Assembly (NCBI RefSeq): GCF_009914755.1
Contig: NC_060930.1
DNA: 64,000 nucleotides
Reading direction: 5' to 3' (one strand)
DNA from: the human T2T-CHM13v2.0 reference genome, Homo sapiens
Part shown: piece by piece, positions 39,661 to 56,774 of the stretch
Layout: each line of letters opens with the position of its first letter
How positions within the stretch are numbered: position 1 is the first letter of the stretch
Notes under the pieces: generated by a model
What the model was told of the DNA's origin: nothing
Database searches by the model: none
Seen by the model: the letters and a program-made list of their open reading frames with translations, nothing else
Translations under genes and position numbers: made by a program

Positions 39661-42059
39661 ACTTGAGAGAAGAAAAAAGAATGCTACAATATGTTTAGAA
39701 TACATGCATGATTACATAGTACGTTTAGAAGATTCTGGGTAGCAACTGAACTAGCCGTGCCCCCACTGTGTTAGAAGGGCTTTAAAGGGTTAGAAGACAG
39801 TGGGGGCTGGAGACAAGCAGGGCAGCCTGCAGGTTTTGCAGTATCCAGGAGATCCCCTGGCCCTCCCTCTGTGGCTGAATTTATGGGCAAAACAAACAGG
39901 AGCTTGGAAGGCAGATAAGACTTGCCTTGCCCCTCTCTCCAAGTATTTTAGACTCAGCATGGCTCTAGGTGTTACAGGAAATAATGACACCCAAGATTGG
40001 GCCCAGCCTTGAACGACCTAGTTAACGATTTAGTTAAGGAGCTAAATCCATCCCACACCAAACAATAAGGAAATATGGGAGGTGCTTCAGGTCTGACATG
40101 ATGCTAGCTACACACACAGTAGGAGATGTCCCTGGGTCTTAGTGTTTGGCAGTGTGTGTCACACTGACCAGCATCTAAAGGTTGCTCCGCCGTTATCAGT
40201 ACAGCACAGGAGATGGTCCTCTGGCCCTCTGCACCTGAATTTTGTGTCTGGAATGAGCAGGGCAGCCTGCCTCCAGGGCCCATGTGAGGACAGGAAGCAC
40301 TGTAGGATACCACAAAGTTAGGGACCCGTCTGTTGTGTGCACAGCCACACCCCTGGTAGGCATCCAGACAGTGTGTTGAATGAGTGCACCACTGAGCGAA
40401 GCACTCTCAGTGTCTAGCTGGCAGGGCTCAGCATGGATAACTGTCCTCACTGCTGTGGTTATTTTTGGTAAGGACTGGGCTGATTAGGAGAAACCAATGG
40501 AAGATGTAAAGAGTGATCCAGACCTGAGGGATGGATGGGATGAGGAGGACAGAGGAAGAAGGGTATTTCGGGTATGGCTGAGGGTGTTGGGCAAGCTGGG
40601 AAGCAAGAAGGAGCATGGTATGGCCTGGCTCAGCGAGGAGGCAGAAGCCTGTGGAGTGGGACTGGCTGGGGGTGCAGGCTCTACAGAGCCAGGTGTGGGG
40701 AAGCTTCAGGGTCTGTGCATCCAACAAAAAGCATTCATCTCCCAGCTCACCCCGCCCCATGTCTTTCTGACACTTTTGGTCATATAAAAAGCAAGAGTCA
40801 AAGAGCCCAGGTTGTAGTTTCTTCTTGTTTCTCTCCCAATTGAAAAATCATTTTGATAAAGAGAATCAAGTTGGGCATAGAGGAACATTTCTCAGGTTCT
40901 CAGATCAGTGTGTCTTACTCATTCTACCCCTATATACGTGGCTTAGGCCCAGGTGCTCACACCTAGCTGACTCTGATATCTAGGGTATTAGAACGGTTCT
41001 GGGTAATGAATGGTTCTTGTCTTCTATTTAGTTTGAATGATTTTTTATTCTCTGAGACACAGCTGTTTCAGGGGTGGCCTTGTTCTGGACTTCTAGGAAA
41101 CCTAGAAACCAGTCTGGTCTATGCGTTCTTAGGAGGAGGAATCAGAGGAACCAGGAGCTCCCTGCAGGAGGAGAAAGAAAGGAGGTTAGCAAACCTGCGG
41201 AGAGAGAAGAAAAAACCACATCCTCATGTGCCAGCTGGCAACACTCAGTACACAAAAGTGTTGATAACTTTGACTTTTTTCTGATTACTACTCATACCCT
41301 AATTCCCACCCCTAACACATACAAAATCCACTTTCCATGCTGCCATGGGGAACCCTTAGTAAGACACATACCTGACTGCTCTATCTGCTTTCCATTTCTG
41401 GCTTATAAAATTCCAGTGCCCCCTCCCGCCCCAAACCTGCAAAATTGAGTAGAGTTTGGCATAGGAGGCTTTTCCCAATTCGGCTCCAATTTAACTTTCC
41501 AACTTCATTCCCATTCCCTTCCCTCCTCCTTCTCCTGCAGGACTGTGGTGGCTCCCTAAACAGTTTGGTGTCCTACCTGACAAACTCCTATTCATCCTTC
41601 AGGACCAGGTCAGTGCCACCTCCTTACCCAGGACTAATAAGAAGAGGGTACTTCTGTGATAGGCCACAGTTTCCCACCTTCCAACCTAGAGGGAGAAACA
41701 CAAGCCAACAAAGCTCAGCTCTTGGTTCTGGCCCCATCTGTGACCACAGGAAACCCAAGCCACCCTCCAAATGCCCCCTCCTCCAGTTTTGCCAAGAGTC
41801 TCCAGAAGGTATTATCTGCATGCTCATGTGTGCAGCTCTCTAGCTCCTTCGTGGCATTTGTCAATTTCCTTCTCTACAGTGCAGGAGCCGGTTGCCACAT
41901 CCCCACACCTGCTGTCAACAGGCTCTGGTGCCACTGAGGCCACAGCACTGTCTCCTGCTGATGCTTGCTGAAGGCTATGTCTTCTTTCCTTCAATCATAT
42001 GTGTGCTGGTCTGGCTCACAGCTCTGCACTGCAGCATAACTTTCAAATGGGGAGCATGA

Positions 42060-42335
42060 GAGAATGATAATGTGAATAGGACATGAATAGCTCCCACTTA
42101 CCAAGCCCTTGTGTGCACCAGGAATGGTGCTAAACACTTATGTGGATTCTACATTCTAATCCTCATGCTTACCTAAGAAGTATGTCTTGTTATTATTCCC
42201 ATTTTACAGGTAAGGACCACAACACCAGAGGCTCAGCAAGACTAAGTGGATTCCCTAAGTTCTCACAGCTGGTAAGGGGGCGCTGTGAGTTTAAATCTAT
42301 GTCAGTTTGGCTCCAGAGTGTAGAATCTTTACCAT
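42060..42335 (-). mobile_element. MIR
   Basis: TGTGCACCAGG.ATGGTGCTAA.CACTT...TAATCCTCA...TATTATTCCCATTTTACAG.TAAGGA...GAGGCTCAG. Confidence 0.8.
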
Positions 42336-43575
42336 TAAGTGGTGCTGCCTCCTGACACAGCTTGCACACCAGCTGCAAGTGAGATGGAGCAATCCAATTC
42401 CTTACTGGGCGATTGCTGATTCCCTTGGCAGTCTAACAGCTGGAACTCTCTATTTCACCCACAACAGTGACTGGCACATAGTGGAAGCTCAATAAATATT
42501 TAATGAGTGAAGGAATAAATGAATAAGTAGAATCTCATTCTAATCTGACCCTTTCACCCCTAAATGTTGGGCCTGGAGAGGGTCATCATATCCTTCTTTA
42601 GCCTTCAAACTCAGATCAATAATATGGCTCAGATGGGGTTCTTACAAAGCAGGCTGAGATGCTGATGTCCATGAAATGGACCTTGAATCTCTCTGGCCTC
42701 AATGGCAACAATAGGTTCTTCACTAAGTTTTCCCATCTGTTCACACATGGCCTCGGTCCTCCATAGAGCCCCACCAGCCATTCTGGGAGTCCTGGAAAGA
42801 TGTGTCACCTGTGCCAGTCGAGGTCACTGTGTGGTGTCCTCTCTCACTCTTGCTCCCCCACCCCTGCCCCGCCGATGATGTCTTCTGCCTGCACGACCTC
42901 CTGGGCTGCCTCTCCCTGCCCCTGCTCCATCACCTCCTGCAGAAATACCATGGTTTATGTTCAGGGCCATGTCCTCTGACTGCTGCCAGACTTCACCCTG
43001 CCAGAGCCATGCTGTATTCTCTTCAGACATGGAGGGGCCACTACCCCACTTTGTCACACACTTAGCCCACTGGGGCTCGACTGGGTGAAGACATGAGTGC
43101 CCATGACTTACTAGGTCCTTTAGAAATCCTCTGCTCCGGCTTCACATTGTAGCCCGTCTCCACAGTGCCCAGACCTGAGTTTGGAACTGGTTGGTGTGTG
43201 TGTGTATGCATGTGTATACGTGTGTGTGTTTATGTGTGTGTGTGAACATGTGTATGCAACACCACACTTTCCTCCCTCCTCTCCCAGCTTCCCACACCGA
43301 CATGAGACTCTTTCCTCTCCTCCCCAATGATGCTAATCAACCCCTGGATATAGACATTTGCTGGTCTTGGTTCCTCACCCTCCTCCACTTCATCAGACAA
43401 ATCCAGCCACATATGGATTCATTTTAAGGATTATCTGGGACCACCCCCACTGCCATCCCCTGGCTACAAACTTAAGAAGATCTGCTCCATGGTGCAGATG
43501 TCAGGTGACCCAGCCTGCTGAGGAATGGGGGAGCACGTATTCAGCTTTATCAATGGGTCTGCCATTTCCAGATTT

Positions 43576-44625
43576 AAGGCCTGGATTTACTGTGAAGCTG
43601 ATGAGACTGAAGATTTCGAATCTCCCTCTCACTCCCCCTGCCCTCACCCCTTGTACAGGAGGGGACTTAGTGCTCATATGTCTTTGTTAAATTTGGAAAA
43701 GTAAGCCATTTTAACACAACCAGTTAAGATCACTTTTTCTCCCGACCTTTCCTCCATCACACCTTCCTTCCAGTTAGGTGACCTTGAAGCAGCCTTGGGC
43801 ATTTTGGGGATCTGGCTAAAGGTCAATAGAGTTGGGCATACATGAGTTCAGGTTTCTTGGAGTATGTTAGGGTTGTTTGTCATCATTTTTATGTATGGGT
43901 TTTAAAAAATTTTTTATTATATTTTAAATTCTGGGATACATGTGCAAAACGTGCAGGTTTGTTCCATAGGTATACACACGGCATGGTGGTTTCTGCACCC
44001 ATCCACCCATCATCTATATTAGGTATTTCTCCTAATGCTATCTCTCCCCTAGCCCCCCACCTCCCGACAGGCCCCAGTGTGTGATATTCCCCTCTCTGTG
44101 TCCATGTATTCTCATAGTTCAACTCCCACTTATGAGTGAGAACATGCAGTGTTTGGTTTTCCGTTCTTGTGTTAGTTTGCTGAGAGTGATGGCTTCCAGC
44201 TTCATCCATGTCCCTGCAAAGGACATGAACTCATCCTTTTTTATGGTACATAGTATTCCATGGTGTATATGTGCTACATTTTCTTTGATGGGCATTTGGG
44301 TTGGTTCCAAGTTTTTGCTATTGTGAATAGTGCTGCAATAAACATACGTGTGCATGTGTCCTTATAGTAGAATGATTTGTAATCCTTTGGGTATATACCC
44401 TGTAATGGGATTGCTGTCCTGGGGCAGTAATGGCAGGGATACTCCTACTAGCCGCTAGGTGGACTTGTCCCCTATTGTGGTACAAAGGTGCAGGACAAAG
44501 GTCATCTATCATTTTCACCATGTCCTAGGGCACCTGGCATGGGGAGTATGAGAGTAATGGAAGGGAAGGAAGACAGAATAAATGTGTGGAGCCAGAAGCT
44601 GTGTTGTGGAAAATTCTTCCCATGC
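43576..44625. mobile_element. Zaphod/MER115-like hAT-Tip100 element, split by an L1
   Basis: GG.CTGGATTTAC.GTGAAGCT.ATGA...TAAATTTG.AAAAGTAAG...GGGCATTTTGGG.ATCTGGCTAA. Resumes after the L1 with ATACTCCTACT...AAGGTGCAGG...GAGCCAGAAGCT..GTGGAAAATTCTTCC. Confidence 0.7.
43909..44415 (-). mobile_element. L1PA7/8-like 3' fragment (~0.5 kb)
   Basis: TTCTGGGATACATGTGCA.AACGTGCAGGTTTGTT.CATAGG 3' UTR; ORF2 C-terminus IKKDEFMSFAGTWMKLEAI.LSKL.QE.KTKH.MFSLISGS. Confidence 0.93.
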
Positions 44626-45076
44626 CTATTTAAAACTATTTCCCAAAGGACGGAGATCCTGCTGAGTCTGATGGGGTCGGGGTGGGGGAAGAAGGGGTGG
44701 GGTGGGAAGAATGAGAGGAGGTAACTCAAGCTAGGGCTTCCCCCTCCACCTGTCGGACTCTGCAGGACAGCCATCCTGGCATCCACCACGAGCTCATCCT
44801 CAGGCAGCCCTCGGAAGGCTTCCTCTTCCTGCAACCCATCATCTCTGGACATCTTTTGGGCTTTTTCTCCTCGGATCTTCTTAATCTTCACTGGTTATTT
44901 TAGCTGTGATGCTTCAAACCTTGCTTCACAGCCCAGCCCCAGATGAGATCCTGAGACCAGTTTCCCTCTACCTCAGTCATTGCTCTGTGCCCAGCCTCAC
45001 TCCTGGAGCTCTGACCACCAGTGAGGTTGAATCTTTTCCTCCATTACTCCCCGTTCTCTCTACAGAGGGTCTCGAG

Positions 45077-45263
45077 CTGTGCTCAGAATAGACAAGACTC
45101 TGTTACTAAACAAGGATCTTGTTCAACATCTTCATTTCCCTCAGTTCTAGAAAGAGGGGCCCAAAAACTTCACCTTGTTGCCTAAGGCCTGAAAGACATG
45201 GTTTTTGTGGGTAAAGGTGTCTCTAATCTCTTTTGAGTTGGTGGTATTTGAAACCTCTTAGCA
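45077..45263. repeat. Left arm of ~190-bp inverted repeat (pairs with 46289-46480)
   Basis: 45091-45186 matches the reverse complement of 46370-46465 at 82/96, ungapped. 45213-45256 matches the reverse complement of 46296-46338 with 5 substitutions and 1 gap. Confidence 0.92.
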
Positions 45264-45718
45264 TTTGAAGTCTTCATACAGACATAGAGGGCCATGAGGA
45301 CATGACCATGTCCTTCCTCCACACCAATAGGACAACTTTCCAGGTCATTTGTTAATTTCATTCCCACTGGATAAAAAAAAAAATTCAACCTGTAGTTAGA
45401 TGTGATTTACATATTTACTCTGTTACTAATTGATTGAGTGGCCTTAAGTAAATCACTTCTGTCTTGGTGTTCGTGTTCATTTTTTCATTTATGAAATGAG
45501 GTTTTTGGATTATATGATCATTACAGTCCCCCAAGCTATAAATTATTATTTTCTATGACCTTGTGCTTGCAAAATTCTAATTAAACAGAGCTTAACTACT
45601 CGTAATTGTCACATAGCTAGAATTTAACTCACCTTAACTTTAAGGAAAAGTCACAAGAAAACAGGTTTGCATTAGGGAAAGGGGACGGGGGAAAAAACCC
45701 AGGGTTTGGAACAATCTT

Positions 45719-46014
45719 TTTTTTTTTTTTTTGAGATGGAGTCTCGCTCTGTCGCTCTGGCTGGAGTGCAGTGACGCGATCTTGGCTCACCGCAAGCTCT
45801 GCCTCCTGGGTTCACACCATTCTCCTGCCTCAGCCTCCCGAGTAGCTGGGAATACAGGCACCCGCCACCACGCCCAGCTAATTTTTTTGTATTTTTAGTA
45901 GAGATGGGGTTTCACTGTGTTAGCCAGGATGGTCTTGATCTCCTGACCTTGTGATCCACCCGCCTCGGCCTCCCAAAGTGCTGGGATTACAGGTGTGAGC
46001 CACTGCGCCCGGCC
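45719..46014 (-). mobile_element. AluY
   Basis: GCAAGCTC, TTAGCCAGGATGGTC diagnostics. TSD TGGAACAATCTT at 45707-45718 and 46015-46026. Confidence 0.96.
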
Positions 46015-46288
46015 TGGAACAATCTTAGAGCAACTCTAGCTACATCTATAATATTCTATAGTCATCATTCACATATTCAATAATCTAAGAAAGGCTCAGT
46101 CATGCTTATTAGACCTTAATTACTGAGGTAGAGAATCAATTAAAGCATTTTAGAAAGATTAACTGCTAAAAGGTAGACTTTTTTCATTGTTGTTGTTATT
46201 TTTGTTATTTTAACAGAAAAAAAAAAACTGAGCTTGAGATTCTCTGTCCTTTCCAGCATTGCAGTTAATCCATCAGCATCTTGTTATG

Positions 46289-46480
46289 TGCAGAAAGGTT
46301 TCAAATGTCATCAACTCAAAGGGATTAGAGACACTTTTCTCTCATTCTTGTAAACCATGGCCATGTAGACTTAGGTAACCAGGTGAAGTTTCTGGGCCTG
46401 TCTTTCTAGAATTGAGGGAGACAAAGGTGTTGAACAAGATTCTTATTTAGTAACAGAGCCGTGTCTCTAAATGTGCACAG
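46289..46480. repeat. Right arm of inverted repeat
   Basis: See 45077-45263. Confidence 0.92.
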
Positions 46481-49400
46481 ACCTTATTCCGTCCTGTCTC
46501 TTCCCTCCTCTCTCTGCCATGGCTAACAATAGTCCCACCCTTCACTTTCTCCGTTAGAAAATAAATAATCAAAGCAACGGAGGAGATTCAGACTATCTGA
46601 AAATACCAAGGACATCTTTGAAGTGGCTGAGTACACAGCCTTTTGAGAGAGACAGAGATGGCTTCAAATACAGGCTCTACCACTTACTGGCTCCAGGGTC
46701 TTTACGAAAGACTAAGAACACAAGGGATGCAGGCAGCTTGGAATTGTAGAAAGACAGAAATATGCGGGGGTCATCTAGGCCTGTTTACGAAAGAGACATT
46801 TTGGCTGGGGTGAAAGGTCTTTTAGGGCCATCTTTCTGCCTTTGTTGAGTCAAAGCTGTCTGGCTAGCCACCTTCAGATTCTTAGGATGGTTCCCCAGGT
46901 GTCTGAGGAAGAGCATTTCAAATAGGTATGGGAGGAGAGAGGGGACATGCTGGCTCCTGAAGATGTCAGCTCCACTGTTACTTAATAGACCAGTCTCTGG
47001 TTTATACATCAACCCACTATGTGTTTGGCTATCAAATACCAGGCCACAAGAAACTGACCTTTCCTCTCTGGATAAGTGCAGACTAACTCTAATTGCTGGA
47101 CCTGCCAAGCTGAGGACCAGCATGTGGACTGCGGTAACTTCGTCAAGCTACTGGTTCCCTGGGAGCCAGCCAGCCTGTCCCTGATGACAGTCCTCTCTCT
47201 CACCAAGCTTCCTAACTGTAACAGATCTCAAAACATTTTGCAAATAAGCCAGTGCCATCATTGCACTTTGGAATATACTACTTAGCCAGCACAAACAGCT
47301 TTTTTCTTTTTTTCCTTTTTACCAAATTTGGTAGTCTGGCTTATCGCTGGCTCCTGTCCTCTGGCAGTTGCAACAGACGCTGGTGGTTTGTTGTGGGGCA
47401 TTGGCTCTTCGGGGGTGATGATTTGTCACTTGGGCTTATGTGGCAAAAGTGGTGGATTCCAAGAAACACATGTTTAAGAAATTTAGGAAGGAACAAGGAA
47501 GTGGATATGATCATCAGCTAATTAGCTTGTTAGGCCAAAAATGCCTTTTGGTGCTCACCACAGCACTGTCGCCAGCTGTAAAGTAGCAGTGACCTCCCTT
47601 GAGGTCATTGTGTGAATGACAGTGATAAATGTCTGGTTTTGGAAGGTTAGGAATTTTTCTCTCTTTGCTTGTTCTTCTTCCCCCCGCCCCCCGCCCCCAA
47701 TCCAACCCTCTTTGGTTGTTTGGAATCCTATTGAAAATCACAAACCAGAAAGAAAACAGCTTCCAGGATCAGTGGTGAATATTTCAAGAATCAGGTTACT
47801 GCGGCCTGTGGCTCTTGAGCTCAACTTGAAGACAATCCAGGTTGCTTTGGTGACCTCCCAGTGCATTTTCCCTAAAATACCCACTTTCTCTTGGTTTACC
47901 AGCGAGCAGGAGGTGGAAACGGGCAGAAGGGTCAGGCTAAGTAATGTGGCAGGATATATATATCCCCCACCCCCTACAGTGATTGGGTCTAGATGAGGCT
48001 CCCACTGAGTCAGATGCTTTGGAACAAAAACAAGTCTTAGGAGCGGCTGAGTACCTGATTTTGGGGGAAGCTGACCAATTTTGTAGGCGGGCTCTCAGTG
48101 TACCTTGAACTACTGATTCAGGGGGTGTGTGAAGTTAAGACACTGGGTCAGCGTAAGATCATTTATAGATGTGCAAGATGGGCCTGGAGAGACCCTTTTC
48201 CACTACCCTGGTCTCTACTTTATGGAAGTCAGCCCCTTCTGTGAAGTAGAGACCAGGGTAGTGGAAAAGGCTGAAGTAAGAGGCAAAAGCCACGCTTTCT
48301 CTTTCTTGCTTCACTTCACGCTGAACTGCAGAACTTTAGACAAATCAGTTTGCCTTTCTGGGCCTTACTTGTCTGGTAATAAGATAACTGGATCGATCTT
48401 TTCATGACGCGTTTTCCTTCTGTGTTTAGCCAGACTCACCTCAAATATCCTTGTCACAAGTGCTTTCATCATTACCCTCGGTGAATCATATAAAACAAAT
48501 TTTGCACTATGATCAAATGTGATCAAACGTTCCATTTTTCAATGTGGTATACTATATAGCAACAATATTACGAATTTCTATTAAATTGAGGAACCGATAC
48601 ACTCCAAAGGGAAAAAGCTAGAATTGTAAAATGTTTCAAAGATAATTTTAAATAGTGTCACAAGTAATGTCTAAATATGTATTGTGCAAAGAGGGGCTAC
48701 TTTATCAACTTTGGAGATTAATTTAGAATCATTTGTATTTAGCACCTTCTTTAATGCTAAAGATATTGTTAATGCACTTAAAACAATGTCTTCTGAAGAA
48801 CATTAAACATTCCTTAAAAGTCATTTACACTACTATTTGCTTAGATTTGCCTATGCACCCTCAAGATACATAAATTCTAAATTAATGAGATCTGAGTTCA
48901 TGAGATGTTATCACATTTGCTTTGGAATGTGTTCAACCATTTGGTAACTCCTGAATCACCCTAAACTAGGGAAATAAATCTGATGCAATCTACGAGACTA
49001 CATATGAAGCAGGGAGTTCTCTACTTAACAAATGCTAGAATATACAGAGTTAAATTTAAACCAAAATGAGATTTCCTGAGATCTTGAATACTAATATGTA
49101 CTGCATTAGCCTTGAGATGGGTAAGGTCCTTCATAACAAAATTGAACACATGCCAAATCTGGTATCTTAAAGCAGTAATGTAGACTCCAGCCTTCTGATT
49201 AAATTCTTTGGATATTAAAATTTGGTTTGACCTAAATTCAAAGTGACTAGATATTTTTTTTTTCTCCTGTAAATTTCAGAGAACTCCATACCAAGGCAGA
49301 GGAACTACATCTAAATTTCCCTTTTAAAGACACTCATAAAAATGCACTCGGTGCAAAAAGTTTCCACCCAAGAAAATGAACAAAAACAAGCTGGATTCAA

Positions 49401-49564
49401 ATGGGAACAACAAAAATAAAACTAGAAAATTCTGTGATTAGACTCAACATGGAAATATGTTCTACATAATTTCAGTAATTGTGATCAAATAAAGAACAGA
49501 AATGGCAAAGTAATTCCATTTTTGCAGGAGCTGGTTTTCAGTTTCTTCCCCCTGCACTCATTAG

Positions 49565-49720
49565 CATCATAAAATGTTAGTGCTGGAAGGTTCATTAGTG
49601 GCCACTCATTCCAGGCCCCCTTTATAGAGGAAGAGGCCTAGAGAGGCAGTGGAGTTGGCCAGTGTCAGGGAGCCAATTAGTGGTAGAAAGAGGACTAGAA
49701 CCCAACTCTTCCTGAGCTAC
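49565..49720 (-). mobile_element. MIR
   Basis: ATCATAAAATGTTAG.GCTGGAAGG...TTTATAGAGGAAGAGGCC.AGAGAGG...GGACTAGAACCCA. Confidence 0.7.
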
Positions 49721-50311
49721 CACATTGCATAGCAGAATGTCTAATAGATCCTTGCTAGACATTTGTGGGATTGAATAAACTGATGTCCTTTGGGTTTTTA
49801 ACTGGGAAATAAATCAATCAAAGGCCATCTATTCTTTTTCATGTGTGTTTTTTCTCAAGACATCTTTTCTCCATCTGATTCCCTGAACTCAATAAAAGAT
49901 TTGTAGAGAAGGGGGTTGAGGTGGGGCCATTGAGAGAAGATATTTTTCTCCACACTGAAGTTTGTACTAGTGGGTGGAGGGTGAGGGAGACAGATAAAGA
50001 AAAAATGGCTACTCAAATGATATGATTATTAAACACTGAGTTACTGGAACAAATTTTCAAGTATATTTTAATAGGTTTGGTAGCTAGGTATGCATTCTCC
50101 TATTTTTGAGGGAATTAAAAGTTATTCCTGTGATGAACAGAGTAGGCACTCACTGACTGAATGAATGAATAAATCTGTGAAGGGAAGTGCATTATGGTTT
50201 TATCCATGATATCTTGTTCAAGTCTTCTCAGCTTTCATTCCCATTCTCTAAATGGAGAGACTGAGGCTTAGAGAACATAATGACTGGCTCAAGGTGTTAA
50301 GTAACTTCTTT

Positions 50312-53340
<3,029 letters not shown>

Positions 53341-55109
53341 TTATTTTCCTATCAACTTCTTGTTTTTTAATGAAAATTTTTAATTGCAGAAAAAGGGGAA
53401 AAGATAAGCTTCTGGTGCATTCCTGAAACCAGAGATGAAAAATAAAAATAAAAATGGCTTTGAGGTTGGCGGCTGCCAAATGTCATTGAACAAAGTAAGT
53501 TACATGCTCATATTGGAGCAAGCAGAGGGGGGTGAAAGTGGCTTAAATGCTTTGTGATTTGCAACTGCCTTACTCATTCCTGTTTCCAATTTAATGGCAC
53601 ACTGTGCGTCAACAGAATCCTACATTCAAAGAGATTCTGTGGTGTCTTTATATAATGAGATTGATATCAAGTTCCTGGGTTCCCTTCTCCGAAGAATCCT
53701 GCATAACTCCGTCAGCATGACCTCTTCCAATGAGAGGAGAAGAGCAGCTTTATTTATTTCCATGTCTCTGGCGTGTGTCTCAAGGAATTACATCACCTCT
53801 CACTGAGTAATTCAGCTCATAGACCAGGTTAGGAAGCAGGACCAGCATCTCCCTTTCCTGAATCCCACCCCATCTCCAAAATGTGCTTTTTATGGAGTAA
53901 ATGATTCGCTTATTAGGTAAAGTAAACAGAAAAACAATGTCAAGTTTAAATGGAGCAGTCTTTGATTCAGAGTGACACTGAGCAAACAGCCAGGCTGGAC
54001 CTATCCGGCCCTCTGGGGACACGGACGTGCCCACATAAGAATGACCCCTATTAGCACCAGTGGGGAAGGGCTTGCAGTGTGATAAGTATGCTCCTCTGAA
54101 GCCTGAGCCTTCCAGCCCTGGAAAGCAGAAAGGCTGAGGCAGGGGGATGGGAAAGGCATCTGACTACAGCATGACTTCACTTTTTGAAACTCTGAAAATC
54201 ATAGTATCTTACAGAGAGCTGGTATCTTCCAGGTGACCTCTGTCTTTCTAACCACAAGGAAACTGAGGCTCTGGGAGGCTTAAAGGCTTGGCTAAGGTTT
54301 CAGAATAATTAGCATTTGAATCAAGTCTTGTACCCAGGTTTTCTTGTTATCATGAGTTGGGGGGTAAATGTTTCTCCTTCCTGGAATTCCAAGAAAAACC
54401 ATCCATGAGAGCAAGAAACGTATCTGTCTTGTTCACCAAAATGCTGGGCACATAGCAGATGCTTGAGAAATATTTAATGTATGAAAGAAAGAAATGCAGA
54501 TCTCAATACTCATCAGGCCCAAAGATAAAGCCAAACCAGAACACCAGATTATACCCAGCTTGAGCCCTGAGCAGGTTTCCAGGATGCAAGTTGGAAATTC
54601 TATTCTGGGCCTGGACTATGCATACACCAGAAAGAATCTAGAAGCAAAATGTTGTGTTGATCAAGTGGAAAAGTCAGCCACCTCCCTCTAGCTTATAGTA
54701 TTATGAAGATCAAATGAGTTTACAGTTAATATCTAGTGGAGAGTGAGTCCTCAATAGTTGCTAGAGGTGGTGATGATGATAATGAAAATGAACTTTGTGC
54801 TATACCAGATCCAAGCCCTCAGCTTGAAGTTCCTTCCACCTTTTAACAGCTTGTCTGATTCAACCATAGCCATTTTTAAATAACTAGAACAAGCACAAAT
54901 ATATTGTTCTTTAAAAAGAGAGAAAGAAAGAAAAAAGATGTTGCAATCCCACTGCTGGCTTTCTTATATTTTGTGGTGAATGTAAGTAAACAAGGGGAGG
55001 TGAGAAGATTCAGAGGATGTTTCAGAAGGATTTGCAAACAGAATGAAGTCAAAGCATGTGACATATGAGCTACACATGTAGCTCTTTCCACATCATTCCA
55101 TTTCACGTG

Positions 55110-55960
<851 letters not shown>

Positions 55961-56774
55961 TGGAATGAACGGTGGATTGGACAAGAAGCTCCAGCTTCTC
56001 ACTGATTGAGGAAACTATAAGTACACATGTTAACAGCGAGTGTTCTAGCTGCTCCCACCATGCCAAGGGCTGTGCAGATTTGGCATTTTCTCCACTGCAC
56101 TCAGGAATGTGGAAGAGTCTGTGCTTCCAGGTATAGCACCAATAAGAGAAGGAAGGCAATGTAGGGTATTTGAAGCTCTGTGTCTGCTGAGCCTGGTCTT
56201 CCTAGATATTCTGCCCCAGCCCCTGGGGCCCTCCAAGTACTTTCCTCAGATTGAGCTCATTGGCTTTAAAGACCAAAATGCCCAAGGCCCTCCCAGCAAG
56301 GGGCTCTTTCTATTCATGGTCAAACAACTGGGCAGCCATAGTAATGGCTCTGCTTGTGTATATATGTGTGTTCGTGTGGGAAAGATGTGTGGAAGTTGTG
56401 ATATTTTAGCTGAAACCTAGCTATGTGGTAAAGGGTAGGGCATGGGCATGGAAGCAGGATGGTACCAGACATGTTTAAGCTCAGTAGTATCCTAATTTGG
56501 CTGGAGCTTCAAATGGAAGAAGAGTGGAAATGTGAAATTCAAGAGTGAGGTCACATCAGAGATGACTTAGAAGCCAGGATAGGGGAAATGGCAGGAGAGT
56601 TGAGACTAGGGATGGCAAACAGGTTTCCAACTCTTGCTGTAGGGCTTAACTCCTCTGAGTTCTGGTTTCTTTTTTTATAAAGTGGAGATATGGTACTTGC
56701 CTTATAAAATCATCATGAAGATTAAATTATATGGTGCATGTAAATTCACTTTTTCAGGATGAGTATTAGATGAA

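Noticed and set aside
44502-44891. Charged, protein-like minus-strand ORF (KIKKIRGEKAQKMSRDDGLQEEEAF...)
   Set aside because: GTG start with a stop just upstream, no convincing acceptor, no recognisable homology, and the distal part runs through a G4 tract and a DNA transposon. A TBLASTN hit would reopen it.
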